Below, piece after piece: positions 1 to 8,285 of a stretch of 64,000 nucleotides of DNA. Numbering within the stretch: position 1 is the stretch's first letter; every line of letters begins with the position of its first letter. Where the stretch lies: positions 219,543-283,542 of the forward strand of contig CAVSMU010000007.1 of NCBI GenBank assembly GCA_963729075.1, read 5' to 3'. A program made the position numbers and the translations under genes. This DNA is from an uncultured Solirubrobacterales bacterium. GTDB lineage: Bacteria > Actinomycetota > Thermoleophilia > Solirubrobacterales > 70-9. The notes below the pieces were generated by a model that saw only the letters and a program-made list of their open reading frames with translations, made no database searches and was not told the DNA's origin.

Positions 1-141
1 GCCATCGACGATGTGCAGGTCGGTCCGGCAGACGCCGCAGGCACGCACGCCGACGAGCACCTGCCCCGGCCCCGGCTGCGGCTCCGGCAACTCGGCGGGC
101 CGCGGGGCCTCCCGCTGGCGCCCGAGCACCATCGCCCGCAT
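1..141 (-). CDS. zinc-dependent (MDR) alcohol dehydrogenase family protein; only the N-terminal 47 codons are present, the gene runs off the left edge
   Basis: Reverse translation from ATG at 141 gives MRAMVLGRQREAPRPAELPEPQPGPGQVLVGVRACGVCRTDLHIVDG. GVCRTDLH is the catalytic-zinc motif of MDR dehydrogenases. The ATG overlaps the fbiC stop (TGATG). Confidence 0.75.
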   Translation of the reverse strand, partial: MRAMVLGRQREAPRPAELPEPQPGPGQVLVGVRACGVCRTDLHIVDG

Positions 142-2381
142 CAGTACGTCTCGACGATCTCGTAGAGCGTGGTCCGCTGCGCCGGCGCGCGGCCCGCCGC
201 CCGTGCAGCGCCGATCAGCTGCTCGGGCTCGAGCCGGACGCCGTGCTGCGAGCCGGCCATGCGCGAGATGTTCTCCTCCATCAGGGTGCCGCCGAGGTCG
301 TTGACGCCCCAGCGCAGGCTCTCCGTGGCCGCCTCGAGTCCCATCTTCACCCAGCTCGCCTGCAGGTTCGGGATGGTGCGCCCGAGCGCGAGCCTGAAGG
401 CGGCCGTGTGCTTGAGGTTCTCGGGCGCCGAGATCTCCTCGATCCCGTGCGTCCGCCCGAGCAGCGTCTGGAAGGGGATGAACGACAGCGGCACGAACTC
501 GGTGATCCCCCCGGTGCGCTCCTGAAGCTCGCGGATGACGCGCATGTGGCGGGCGAGCTCCCAAGGCTCCTCGATGTGGCCGAACATCACCGTCGAGGTC
601 GAGCGCAGACCGACCCGGTGACAGGCCTCGATGATCTCGACCCATCGGGCGGCCGGCAGCTTGTTCGGGGAGATCCGAGCGCGCACGCCGTCGTCGAGCA
701 CCTCGGCGGCCGTCCCCGGGGTCGAGCCGAGCCCGCACTCGAGCAGGTAGTCGAAGACCTGCTCGGGGGTGCGGCCCGAGCGCTCGCACATGTAGTGGAT
801 CTCCATCGGCGAGTACGCGTGCAGGTGAAGCTGCGGCGCCGCCTCCTTGGCCAGCCGCAGCCAGCGGCCGTAGTGCTCGAGCGTGTAGTCCGGATGGATC
901 CCCCCCTGCATGCAGATCTCGGTGGCGCCGAACGCGACCGCGTCGGCGATCCGGGCCTGGAAGTCCTCGGGGGTGACGTGGTAGGCGTCGGGCGATCGCT
1001 TGCCCTGCCCGAAGCCGCAGAACGCGCAACCGACCACGCACACGTTGGTGAAGTTGATGTTGCGGTTGACCACGAACGTGGCGACGTCGCCGGCGAGCTC
1101 GGCCCGCAGCGCGTCGGCAGCCACCCGCATCTCCTCGACCACCTCAGGGCGGGTCTCGGCGAAGAGCGCCGTGAGCTCGTCGTCGCTCAGCGGCTCACCG
1201 GCCCGACCGCGCTCGATCGCGCGCGGGGCGAGCTCGGGGTCGATCTGGCGCTCTGAGCGCCGGCCCGAGCCACGGCGCGGGATGAAGCTCCAGTACTTGA
1301 GCTTGACCACGTCCAGCACGCCCTGCTCGATCCATTCCGGGTCGAGGTACTGGGGGTAGGCGCAGAGGCGCTCGGTGAGCGCGTACCCGCGAGGCGCGAG
1401 GCGCTTTCGCACCTGGTGGGGGCTCGGGAACGCCTGCTCGGGCGAGATGTGGTCGCCGTTCGCCGACAGCCCGCCCAGGTCGGTGGCGCCCTCCTCGACG
1501 AGGTCGAGCCACCAGTCGGCCAGGTTCGGCGGGATCTGGATGCCGACGTCCGGCAGCAGCCGCCGGGTCTCGCGCACCAGCGATCTCATGTCGTCGAGCG
1601 TGACCTGGGTCGCCCAACCGGGCAAGTCCGCAGTCCGCAGTCCGCCGTCCGCAGTCAGCCCTTGCCCCTGCGGACTGCTGTCTGCGGACTGCGGACTCAG
1701 CCCCCACCGCTCCTGCGCCGCAGCATCCGCGATCTCAGCGACCTCACGCCCGTAGTAGCGCGGGTGCGGCACGAAGTTCTGGAGGATCAGCTCCTGGATG
1801 TGGCCGTGCTCGGCCTGGACCTCCGCGAGGGCCTCGAGCGCCGCGATCCGGTCGTCGCGGGTCTCACCGATGCCCACGAGGATCCCGCTGGTGAACGGAA
1901 TCCGCAGCTCGCCGGCCGCGCGGATCGTGGCCAGGCGCGCCTCCGGATGCTTGGTCGGTGAGCCCTGGTGGACGACGAGATCGGGATTCGCCGACTCGAG
2001 CATCAGGCCCTGCGATGCGGTCACCTCGCGCAGGCGAGCGAGGTCCTCGCGCGAGAGCACACCGAGGTTCGTGTGGGGCAGCAGGCCGCGCTCGAGCGCC
2101 CGCTCGCAGGCCCAGACCACGTAGGAGACGAAGTCGCGATGCCCGTACGAGCGCAGGCGCTCGGCGACCACCGGGTTGATCTCCGGCGCCTCGCCAGTGA
2201 GCACGAGCAGCTCCTTGGTGTTGCGGCGCACCGCCTGCTCGAGGCGCTCCTCGACCTCGTCGGGGGCGTAGAGGTGAGGCCGGTGGGTTGCGAAGGAGCA
2301 GTACTTGCAGTAGCAGCGACAGGTGCGCGACAGCGAGAGCGTGTAGTTGCGCGAGAAGGTGACCCGTCTCACGCCGGACAC
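141..2381 (-). CDS. fbiC: FO synthase (7,8-didemethyl-8-hydroxy-5-deazariboflavin synthase), fused CofG/CofH
   Basis: 746-aa ORF with two radical-SAM CxxxCxxC motifs: CRCYCKYC near the N-terminus (CofG half) and CVVGCAFC mid-protein (CofH half). Length and two-domain layout are typical of actinobacterial FbiC. Confidence 0.92.
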   Translation of the reverse strand: MSGVRRVTFSRNYTLSLSRTCRCYCKYCSFATHRPHLYAPDEVEERLEQAVRRNTKELLVLTGEAPEINPVVAERLRSYGHRDFVSYVVWACERALERGLLPHTNLGVLSREDLARLREVTASQGLMLESANPDLVVHQGSPTKHPEARLATIRAAGELRIPFTSGILVGIGETRDDRIAALEALAEVQAEHGHIQELILQNFVPHPRYYGREVAEIADAAAQERWGLSPQSADSSPQGQGLTADGGLRTADLPGWATQVTLDDMRSLVRETRRLLPDVGIQIPPNLADWWLDLVEEGATDLGGLSANGDHISPEQAFPSPHQVRKRLAPRGYALTERLCAYPQYLDPEWIEQGVLDVVKLKYWSFIPRRGSGRRSERQIDPELAPRAIERGRAGEPLSDDELTALFAETRPEVVEEMRVAADALRAELAGDVATFVVNRNINFTNVCVVGCAFCGFGQGKRSPDAYHVTPEDFQARIADAVAFGATEICMQGGIHPDYTLEHYGRWLRLAKEAAPQLHLHAYSPMEIHYMCERSGRTPEQVFDYLLECGLGSTPGTAAEVLDDGVRARISPNKLPAARWVEIIEACHRVGLRSTSTVMFGHIEEPWELARHMRVIRELQERTGGITEFVPLSFIPFQTLLGRTHGIEEISAPENLKHTAAFRLALGRTIPNLQASWVKMGLEAATESLRWGVNDLGGTLMEENISRMAGSQHGVRLEPEQLIGAARAAGRAPAQRTTLYEIVETY
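1625..1697. repeat. 73-nt imperfect hairpin built from heptamer AGTCCGC/GCGGACT repeats, inside the fbiC interdomain linker
   Basis: The outer 16-bp arms pair perfectly: AGTCCGCAGTCCGCAG (1625-1640) with CTGCGGACTGCGGACT (1682-1697). The inner 8-bp arms also pair: GTCCGCAG (1647-1654) with CTGCGGAC (1668-1675). Between them are a 6x6 internal mismatch and a 13-nt loop. Confidence 0.85.
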
Positions 2382-2405
2382 GCGTACCGCCGCGTCAGCC
2401 CGGCA

Positions 2406-3191
2406 CTACCTGTTGCGCTCGCGAACTTCCGCGTCCTTGATGGCCTGGCCGACGCCGCGCGCGTCGGAGGTCGGCGGTTCCGCGCCCTCGGCGTACTGCG
2501 GCCCGGCGATCACGAACCTGTAGACCACTAGTGCCACCAGTGCGCCGACTAGCGGCCCGAGCACGTAGACGAGCAGGTCGCTGGCGTCGATCGAGCTGCT
2601 GATCAGCGCCGGCCCGAACCAGCGCGCCGGGTTGACCGAGGCGCCGGTCAGCGGGCCGAAGATGAAGACGACGAATCCGAGCGTCGTACCGATCGCGAGC
2701 GGCGCCCACTCCTGGCGGGCGCGCGGGTTCATCGCGACCGCGAGCACCGCCATCACGAGCAGGAAGGTCCCGATCGCCTCGACCACGCCGCCGAGGAAGT
2801 TCGAGCCGAGGAGGGGCGAAACCTCGGGATTGCCGTAGTCGCTCGCGCGGCCCTCGTCGAGCAGGATGCCCTTGACGAGGAGGGCGCCGAGAACGCCGCC
2901 TGAGAGCTGGGCGAGGATGTAGACGACCGCGTCGACCGGGTCGATGCGGCGCATCGCGGCGGCCGCCACGGTGATCGCCGGGTTGAAGTGCCCGCCGCTG
3001 ACCTGCCCGAAGGCGATGATCAGCATGAAGAGGACGAACGCGTGGAGGAGGCCGACCACGGCGAAGTCCGAGCCCGTCTGCGACGTCGGGCTCGTCGACA
3101 CGTAGAGCGTGACCACCGTGCATACGGCGAAGACCAGGAGCAACGTCCCGATCAGCTCGGCGATGTAGGCCGCCAGCCCTCGATCCTGCAC
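2406..3191 (-). CDS. MIP/aquaporin family channel
   Basis: 261-aa hydrophobic ORF with both NPA boxes (HFNPAIT and SVNPARW). AGGAGGA lies upstream of the ATG. Confidence 0.9.
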   Translation of the reverse strand: MQDRGLAAYIAELIGTLLLVFAVCTVVTLYVSTSPTSQTGSDFAVVGLLHAFVLFMLIIAFGQVSGGHFNPAITVAAAAMRRIDPVDAVVYILAQLSGGVLGALLVKGILLDEGRASDYGNPEVSPLLGSNFLGGVVEAIGTFLLVMAVLAVAMNPRARQEWAPLAIGTTLGFVVFIFGPLTGASVNPARWFGPALISSSIDASDLLVYVLGPLVGALVALVVYRFVIAGPQYAEGAEPPTSDARGVGQAIKDAEVRERNR

Positions 3192-3246
3192 TGCGAAAAT
3201 CCTCCTAGGTCGGGTGCGCGCGGCAGTGTATACAGGCCCAGCGGGG

Positions 3247-3759
3247 TCAGCCGCCCCGCTCGCGCTCGAGCTGGAGCTTGCGCCCGTCGGCGATCACGTC
3301 AAGCGCCTCCTCGCGCGAGCGCCACCCCTCGACCTCGACCTCCTTGCCCTCGAGCTGCTTGTAGACCGAGAAGAAGTGGGTGATCTCGCGCTGGAGCGCC
3401 TCGGGGATGTCGTCGAGCGTTTCGGCGGTGTTCCAGCCCGGATCGTGCGTGGGCACGCAGACGACCTTGTCGTCCTCGCCCTTCTCGTCGCGCATCACGA
3501 ACAGCGCGATCGGCTTGACCGCGATCACGCACCCGGGGAACGTCGGCTCGGAGACGCACACCATCGCGTCGAGCGGGTCGCCGTCCCGTCCCCAGTGACC
3601 CATCAAATAGCCGTAATCGGTCGGGTAGACCATCGAGGACGAGAGAAAGCGATCGAGGATCACGGCTCCGATCTCCTCGTCGAACTCGTACTTGTTGCGT
3701 GAGCCCTTGGGGATCTCGATGAAGGCGAGCAGCTCGTCGGTGAGCCCATGTTCGGCCAT
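3247..3759 (-). CDS. ppa: inorganic pyrophosphatase
   Basis: 170 aa. IEIPKGSRNKYEFD and DGDPLDAMV motifs of family I soluble PPase. Confidence 0.92.
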   Translation of the reverse strand: MAEHGLTDELLAFIEIPKGSRNKYEFDEEIGAVILDRFLSSSMVYPTDYGYLMGHWGRDGDPLDAMVCVSEPTFPGCVIAVKPIALFVMRDEKGEDDKVVCVPTHDPGWNTAETLDDIPEALQREITHFFSVYKQLEGKEVEVEGWRSREEALDVIADGRKLQLERERGG

Positions 3760-3788
3760 CGCCCGGCAAGGCTATCCTGCGGCGCTCG

Positions 3789-4766
3789 ATGGCAAGGGTC
3801 GCTGCGTCGCTGGCGGCCGCCCTCGCCGCGTTCGCCCTGACGGCGTGCGGCGACGGCGGTGCTGAACCGGGCGCCTCTGACGAGGTGACCCTGGTTCTCG
3901 ACTTCACGCCGAACGCAGTCCACACCGGCCTCTACGCCGCGCTGGCCGAGGGGGAGTTCGAGCGCGAGGGGATCGCGCTCGAGGTTCGCGAGCCGTCCGC
4001 CTCGACCGACGGCCCGAAGCTGCTCGAGACCGGCCGTGCCGAGTTCGCGGTGCTCGACATCCACGACCTCGCGATCGCCCGCGAGCGGGGACTCGACATC
4101 GTGGGTGTCGCCGCCCTCGTCCAGCGCCCGCTCGCCGCCGTGATCGCGGGCGACCGCGAGGCCGTGCGGACGCCGGCGGACCTCGAGGGCGGCACGGCCG
4201 GGGTAACCGGGCTGCCGTCCGACGATGCCGTGCTCGACTCGGTGCTCGCCGCCGGGGGCGCCAACCCCGAGTCGGTCGAGCGGGTCACGATCGGCTTCGA
4301 CTCGATCGCGGCCCTGTCGGCCGGGCGGGTCGACGCCGCGACCGCGTTCTGGAACGCCGAGGGCGTCGCCCTGCGGCGCCTCGGCGTTCCGACGCGCGAG
4401 TTCCGCGTCGACGATTTCGGCGCGCCTCCCTATCCCGAGCTCGTGCTCGCCACCACCGCGCGCACCGTCGCCGAGCGACCGGAGCTGGTCGAGGGGATGC
4501 GCGCCGCGCTCGAGGAGGGTCAGCAGGCGGTACTGGCCGATCCCGACGCCGCCCTGGCGGACCTGCTCGAGGCGGTCCCCGAGCTCTCCGAGGCCGAGCA
4601 GCGCGCGCAGCTCAACGCCCTCCTGGCGGCCGACGCGATCGGCGCCGGGGTGCTCCTCGACGACGGACTGCTCGAGCAATGGGCGGAATGGGACGCAAGG
4701 CACGGCATCGTCCGCCGCCCGCCGCAGGTCGACCGCGCCTTCGCGTTCGACCTCCCCAGCGGTTAG
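3789..4766 (+). CDS. ABC-transporter substrate-binding lipoprotein, NMT1/THI5-like (NitT/TauT family)
   Basis: Lipobox LTAC at the N-terminus. LVLDFTPNAVHTGLY is typical of NMT1/ThiY-like binding proteins. No permease or ATPase gene is adjacent. Confidence 0.75.
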   Translation: MARVAASLAAALAAFALTACGDGGAEPGASDEVTLVLDFTPNAVHTGLYAALAEGEFEREGIALEVREPSASTDGPKLLETGRAEFAVLDIHDLAIARERGLDIVGVAALVQRPLAAVIAGDREAVRTPADLEGGTAGVTGLPSDDAVLDSVLAAGGANPESVERVTIGFDSIAALSAGRVDAATAFWNAEGVALRRLGVPTREFRVDDFGAPPYPELVLATTARTVAERPELVEGMRAALEEGQQAVLADPDAALADLLEAVPELSEAEQRAQLNALLAADAIGAGVLLDDGLLEQWAEWDARHGIVRRPPQVDRAFAFDLPSG

Positions 4767-4796
4767 CCAGCTCTCGAGCCCGCCGCGACGGGCCGC

Positions 4797-5159
4797 TCAG
4801 AGCGAGCGGCGGGCGCGAAACTCGCGCCTGACCGACTCCGGCCGGCCCCACATCTGCACGACCTCGGCGCGGCCCTCGTGGATGTCGCGCACGATCAGCT
4901 CGCCCTCGATCCCCTCCTCGTCGAGCAGGGCCAACGTCCCCTTGACCGTCTCGGCCGCAGCGGCGTGTCCGAACGTGTGGGCGACGTTGATCCTGAAGTG
5001 CCACTCGGCCTCGGAGTAGGGCTGTGCGTTGATCTGCGTCATCAGCACGGCGGCGTCGACGTAGAGGTCCTCGTCGCTGAGCCGCAGGTCGCAGACGATG
5101 TCGGTCCAGTCGTCCGGCAGCGAGTCGAGGACCTGCTGGAAGTCGTCGGCCAGACCCAT
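4797..5159 (-). CDS. hypothetical protein
   Basis: 120-aa ORF with balanced, non-shadow composition (MGLADDFQQVLDSLPDDWTDIVCDL...). I do not recognise a family. Confidence 0.55.
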   Translation of the reverse strand: MGLADDFQQVLDSLPDDWTDIVCDLRLSDEDLYVDAAVLMTQINAQPYSEAEWHFRINVAHTFGHAAAAETVKGTLALLDEEGIEGELIVRDIHEGRAEVVQMWGRPESVRREFRARRSL

Positions 5160-5183
5160 GGCCGGAGCCTAGTACGAGTGGTG

Positions 5184-5900
5184 CTAGTCGGCCGCCCCGC
5201 GGCGGCGGCTGACCAGCATCCGCCCGGCGAGCTCCGCGCCGATCGCGTGCGCCCGCCCGTCGACGACGATCATCAACGCGCCCCCGAACGGCTCCGCCTC
5301 GCGAACCGAGACCTCCGCGCCCGGCCGAATGCCGCGCCGATCGAGATAACGCAGCATCTCCGGGTCGGAGTCGGACACGCGCGTGAAAATGCCGGTCTCG
5401 CCCGGACCAAGCCGGCTCAGGGCAACGGCGCCGTCCTCGGCGAGCCCGAGCGCGCGGTCTGGGATCGGGTCGCCGTGAGGGTCGCGGCTCGGATCGCCCA
5501 GCGCGGCCGCGATCCGCTCCTCGAGGTCCTCGGAGATGTAGTGCTCGAGGACCTCGGCCTCGTCGTGGACCTTGTCCCAGGGCATCCCGAGCGCGTCGGC
5601 CAGATAGGACTCGAGCAGCCGGTGATGGCGGATCACCTCCAGGGCGACCTGCTCGCCCGCGGGGCTCAGCGCAACGCCGTGGTAGGGCTCGTGCTTGACC
5701 AGGCCCGCCTCGGCCATCCGCTTGAGCATCGCCGTAACGGTCCCCGGCGAGACCCCGAGCCGCTCTGCGAGCGCGGAGGTGCCGACCGGGCCGCCGGCTC
5801 GCCGGGCGAGCGCGTAGATCGCCTTCGCGTAGTCCTCGATCGCCTCGGTGTCGGCGACCCCGCGATCGCCCCGGATGTGCGGATGCGGGCGGGTGGCCAT
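5184..5900 (-). CDS. DtxR/IdeR/MntR-family metal-dependent transcriptional regulator
   Basis: The homologous part of the 622-aa track ORF starts at ATG 5900 (MATRPHP...). It has an HTH (SALAERLGVSPGTVTAMLKRM), a dimerisation/metal region (RHHRLLESYL, HDEAEVLEH) and a C-terminal FeoA/SH3-like domain. The ATG overlaps the ZIP gene stop (TGATG). Confidence 0.88.
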   Translation of the reverse strand: MATRPHPHIRGDRGVADTEAIEDYAKAIYALARRAGGPVGTSALAERLGVSPGTVTAMLKRMAEAGLVKHEPYHGVALSPAGEQVALEVIRHHRLLESYLADALGMPWDKVHDEAEVLEHYISEDLEERIAAALGDPSRDPHGDPIPDRALGLAEDGAVALSRLGPGETGIFTRVSDSDPEMLRYLDRRGIRPGAEVSVREAEPFGGALMIVVDGRAHAIGAELAGRMLVSRRRGAAD

Positions 5901-7111
5901 CAGACGGTGACCAGGAGCCCGGTCAGGTATAGGGCGAGAGCGCCCGCGGCGATCGCGACCGCGTTCGCCGCGTCGAGCATCCGGCCGGCGGAGTCGCGCA
6001 TCGCGGGCGCGATCTGGACGATCACCTGGACGATCGCGCCGACCCCCACTCCGAGCAGGAACGCCGACAGCTCGGCATTGTCGATCGACGCGCCGAGCAG
6101 CGCCCCGAGGATCGCGGGCGCGCCCGCGATCAGGCCGAGGCCCAGTAGCCGCGGCGGCGTGGCGCGCTCGCGGATCAACGGCGCGACGATCGCGATCCCC
6201 TCGGTGGTGTTGTGGATCGCGAAGCCGACGACCAGGAAGGCGCCCAGGGCGAGCTCGCCGACGGCGTACGCCGAGCCGATCGCGAGACCCTCGCCGAGGT
6301 TGTGGAGGCCGATTCCGATGGCGACCATGAGCGCGAGCTGGAATCCGCGCGACCCGGCGGCCGCCGCGCGCTCGCGGCGTCCCTCCAGGTAGCGGTCGAG
6401 GCCGGTGAGCGCGAGGAACGCGAGTCCGGCCCCCAAGAAGACGAGTTCGGCGCCGCCGAAGGCCCCGCCCGACGCGCTCGCGAGGTCCAGCCCCTCGAGG
6501 GCGCCGTCCACGGCGAGGAAGCCCAGCAGGCCGACGGTGAGCGCGAGCAAGACCCGCACCCAGCGGCTGCTGAACCGGCGCATCGCCGGCAACAGCAGCA
6601 TCCCCAGCACCACCGGGATGATCCCGACGTAGGTGCCGAGGAGCGCCATCAGCCCGAAGAAGTCGCCGTCGGCGGCCGGAGTCTCGACGGCGGCGGGGAT
6701 CTCGTGCTCGATCACCACTCCGGTCGAGGTCACCAGCGAAACGATGTACGGCTGACCGTCCTGCCAGGGGTATGCCAGCGTGATCGTCTCGGAACCCAGC
6801 CGGCCGATTCGCGTCGCGTCGGCCTGGAAGTCGACAAACGCGTCGTTCACGAACGCCTGGGAGATCTCGACCGGGTCGGGGCCCGTGTTGCGAAGGCTGA
6901 GCTCGATCCGGTTCGGCTCGAGCACGGTGCGCTCGACGGCCAGCTCCTCGACCGGCGGCCCGGTCCGCTCGGGCAGCGCGTCCCCGCCGGCGAGCGCCAA
7001 CGCCACCAGGGCCGCGGCGATCAGCGCCAGCGCACCGGCGGCGAGCGCCCACCCGGGCAGGCGGCCCAGTGCGCCGCCGACGCCGCTCGCTGTCTCGGTC
7101 CTCGCCTCCAT
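5900..7111 (-). CDS. ZIP-family metal cation transporter with an N-terminal extracytoplasmic domain of about 140 aa
   Basis: ZIP signatures GLHNLGEGLAIG and HNTTEGIAI sit in the C-terminal multi-TM half. The N-terminal half is one TM followed by a soluble domain. Confidence 0.85.
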   Translation of the reverse strand: MEARTETASGVGGALGRLPGWALAAGALALIAAALVALALAGGDALPERTGPPVEELAVERTVLEPNRIELSLRNTGPDPVEISQAFVNDAFVDFQADATRIGRLGSETITLAYPWQDGQPYIVSLVTSTGVVIEHEIPAAVETPAADGDFFGLMALLGTYVGIIPVVLGMLLLPAMRRFSSRWVRVLLALTVGLLGFLAVDGALEGLDLASASGGAFGGAELVFLGAGLAFLALTGLDRYLEGRRERAAAAGSRGFQLALMVAIGIGLHNLGEGLAIGSAYAVGELALGAFLVVGFAIHNTTEGIAIVAPLIRERATPPRLLGLGLIAGAPAILGALLGASIDNAELSAFLLGVGVGAIVQVIVQIAPAMRDSAGRMLDAANAVAIAAGALALYLTGLLVTV

Positions 7112-7115
7112 CCGG

Positions 7116-8228
7116 TCAGCCGACCTCGAAGAAGCCCATCCAGCCGAGCTCGGCGAACTCGGTCTTGTGGGCGTGGAACATGAACGCGCCCGCGTTCGGG
7201 AAGTGCAACTCGCAGATCCCCCGCTGGGCCTGTCCCTGGACCACGGTGTCGGTGAACTCGGTCGGCTCCAGCGACGTCCCGGTCGGGTAGTAGTGGAAGA
7301 AGTTCCCGTGGATGTGGAACGAGTTGATCGGGTCGTACTCGAGCACGTTGACGAGGTAGATCCGCACCAGCTCGCCGCGATCCACGTGGATCGGCTCGTT
7401 CATGTAGTGGAACGGGATCCCGTTGACGGCGTAGAACTGGTTGCCCTCGGCGTCGAAGGTCGTGTTGTAGCCGTGCTGGACCATGACCATCTCGTCCGCG
7501 TCGGGCCGGCCCTGCTTCGGGTCGACGATGAACGTCCCGTACATACCGCGCGCAATGTGCTCGGCGAGCGGGGCCACGTGGCAGTGGTAGAGATGAAGCC
7601 CGAACGGCTCGGCGTCGAACTCATAGACCGTCGACTTGCCGGGCTCGATGATCCCGGCGCCGACGCCGGGGATCCCGTCCATCGCCGCCGGGTGAAGACC
7701 GTGGAAGTGCATCGTGTGCGGATGCTCCGAGCCGTTGGTGAACCGGATGCGGAGTCGATCGCCCTCGCGACAGCGAAGCGTCGGACCCGGGACGCGCCCG
7801 TTGTACGTCCACGCCGGGAAGCTGACCCCTGGGGCAACTTCGATTTCCTTGTCGGCGCCGACGATGTCCCACTCGCGGAGCAGCCGGCCGCTCGCCAGCC
7901 GCCGGGTGCGGCCGTAGTCGAAGTCGCGCAGGATCTCGGTCGGGTTGAAGCCGTTCGCGCGGTGATCGACGGTCTCGCCGCCGCGGAACGTCGGCCCCGC
8001 GGTGCCCATGCCGTTGGCGTGGGTCGGGATGCCCGCGTGCGCCGCGTGCCCGCTCGCGGGCGCGTCAGCAGCCCGCGCCGGTGTCGGGTGCTCGCCGCCG
8101 CCGAGCGCCTCGTGCAGGCCCTGATGCGGGATCGTCTCGTGCAGGAGGGCGAGGGTCGGCGCCGCGACGACGCCGCCCGCGAGCAGCTTTCGCCGGCTGA
8201 AGCCCTTGCCGTTGTTTCGGTCGCTCAC
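7116..8228 (-). CDS. Tat-secreted two-domain multicopper oxidase family protein (SLAC/NirK-like)
   Basis: Twin-arginine leader SRRKLLAGG. Copper ligand motifs HTMHFHG, YHCHVAPLAEHIARGM (Cys...His...Met type-1 site), FHIHG and MFHAH. It ends 4 nt before the ZIP start. Confidence 0.85.
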   Translation of the reverse strand: MSDRNNGKGFSRRKLLAGGVVAAPTLALLHETIPHQGLHEALGGGEHPTPARAADAPASGHAAHAGIPTHANGMGTAGPTFRGGETVDHRANGFNPTEILRDFDYGRTRRLASGRLLREWDIVGADKEIEVAPGVSFPAWTYNGRVPGPTLRCREGDRLRIRFTNGSEHPHTMHFHGLHPAAMDGIPGVGAGIIEPGKSTVYEFDAEPFGLHLYHCHVAPLAEHIARGMYGTFIVDPKQGRPDADEMVMVQHGYNTTFDAEGNQFYAVNGIPFHYMNEPIHVDRGELVRIYLVNVLEYDPINSFHIHGNFFHYYPTGTSLEPTEFTDTVVQGQAQRGICELHFPNAGAFMFHAHKTEFAELGWMGFFEVG

Positions 8229-8236
8229 AACCGAGA

Positions 8237-8252
8237 TTTTGACAAATCAAAA
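8237..8252. promoter_or_regulatory. AT-rich palindrome TTTTGA-CAAA-TCAAAA upstream of the copper oxidase/ZIP/DtxR operon (operator candidate)
   Basis: Perfect 6-bp inverted arms with a 4-nt spacer, 9 nt upstream of the GTG at 8228, in an otherwise very GC-rich sequence. Confidence 0.4.
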
Positions 8253-8285
8253 ACCCCACCGCAAGCGCCTGTCAGAATCGGGCCG

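Noticed and set aside
243-1256. Long ORFs antisense to, or out of frame with, recognised genes. Examples: 243..1256 +, 3660..4703 -, 16334..18349 -, 20157..21677 -, 28030..30426 -, 39042..40490 -, 26076..27605 -, 42267..43661 -.
   Set aside because: Their translations are Arg/Ala/Gly/Pro-rich with no recognisable motifs. They lie opposite or offset to ORFs with clear family signatures. Such shadow ORFs are expected in very GC-rich DNA because stop codons are rare.
3227-3234. The TGTATACA palindrome upstream of the aquaporin gene as an operator.
   Set aside because: It is only 8 bp, with no extended symmetry and no adjacent regulator. It is noted but not strong enough to call.
5184-7052. The 622-aa track ORF as one large protein.
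   Set aside because: Only the last 238 codons (from ATG 5900) look like a real protein (DtxR family). The upstream part is Arg-rich shadow sequence overlapping the ZIP transporter gene in another frame.
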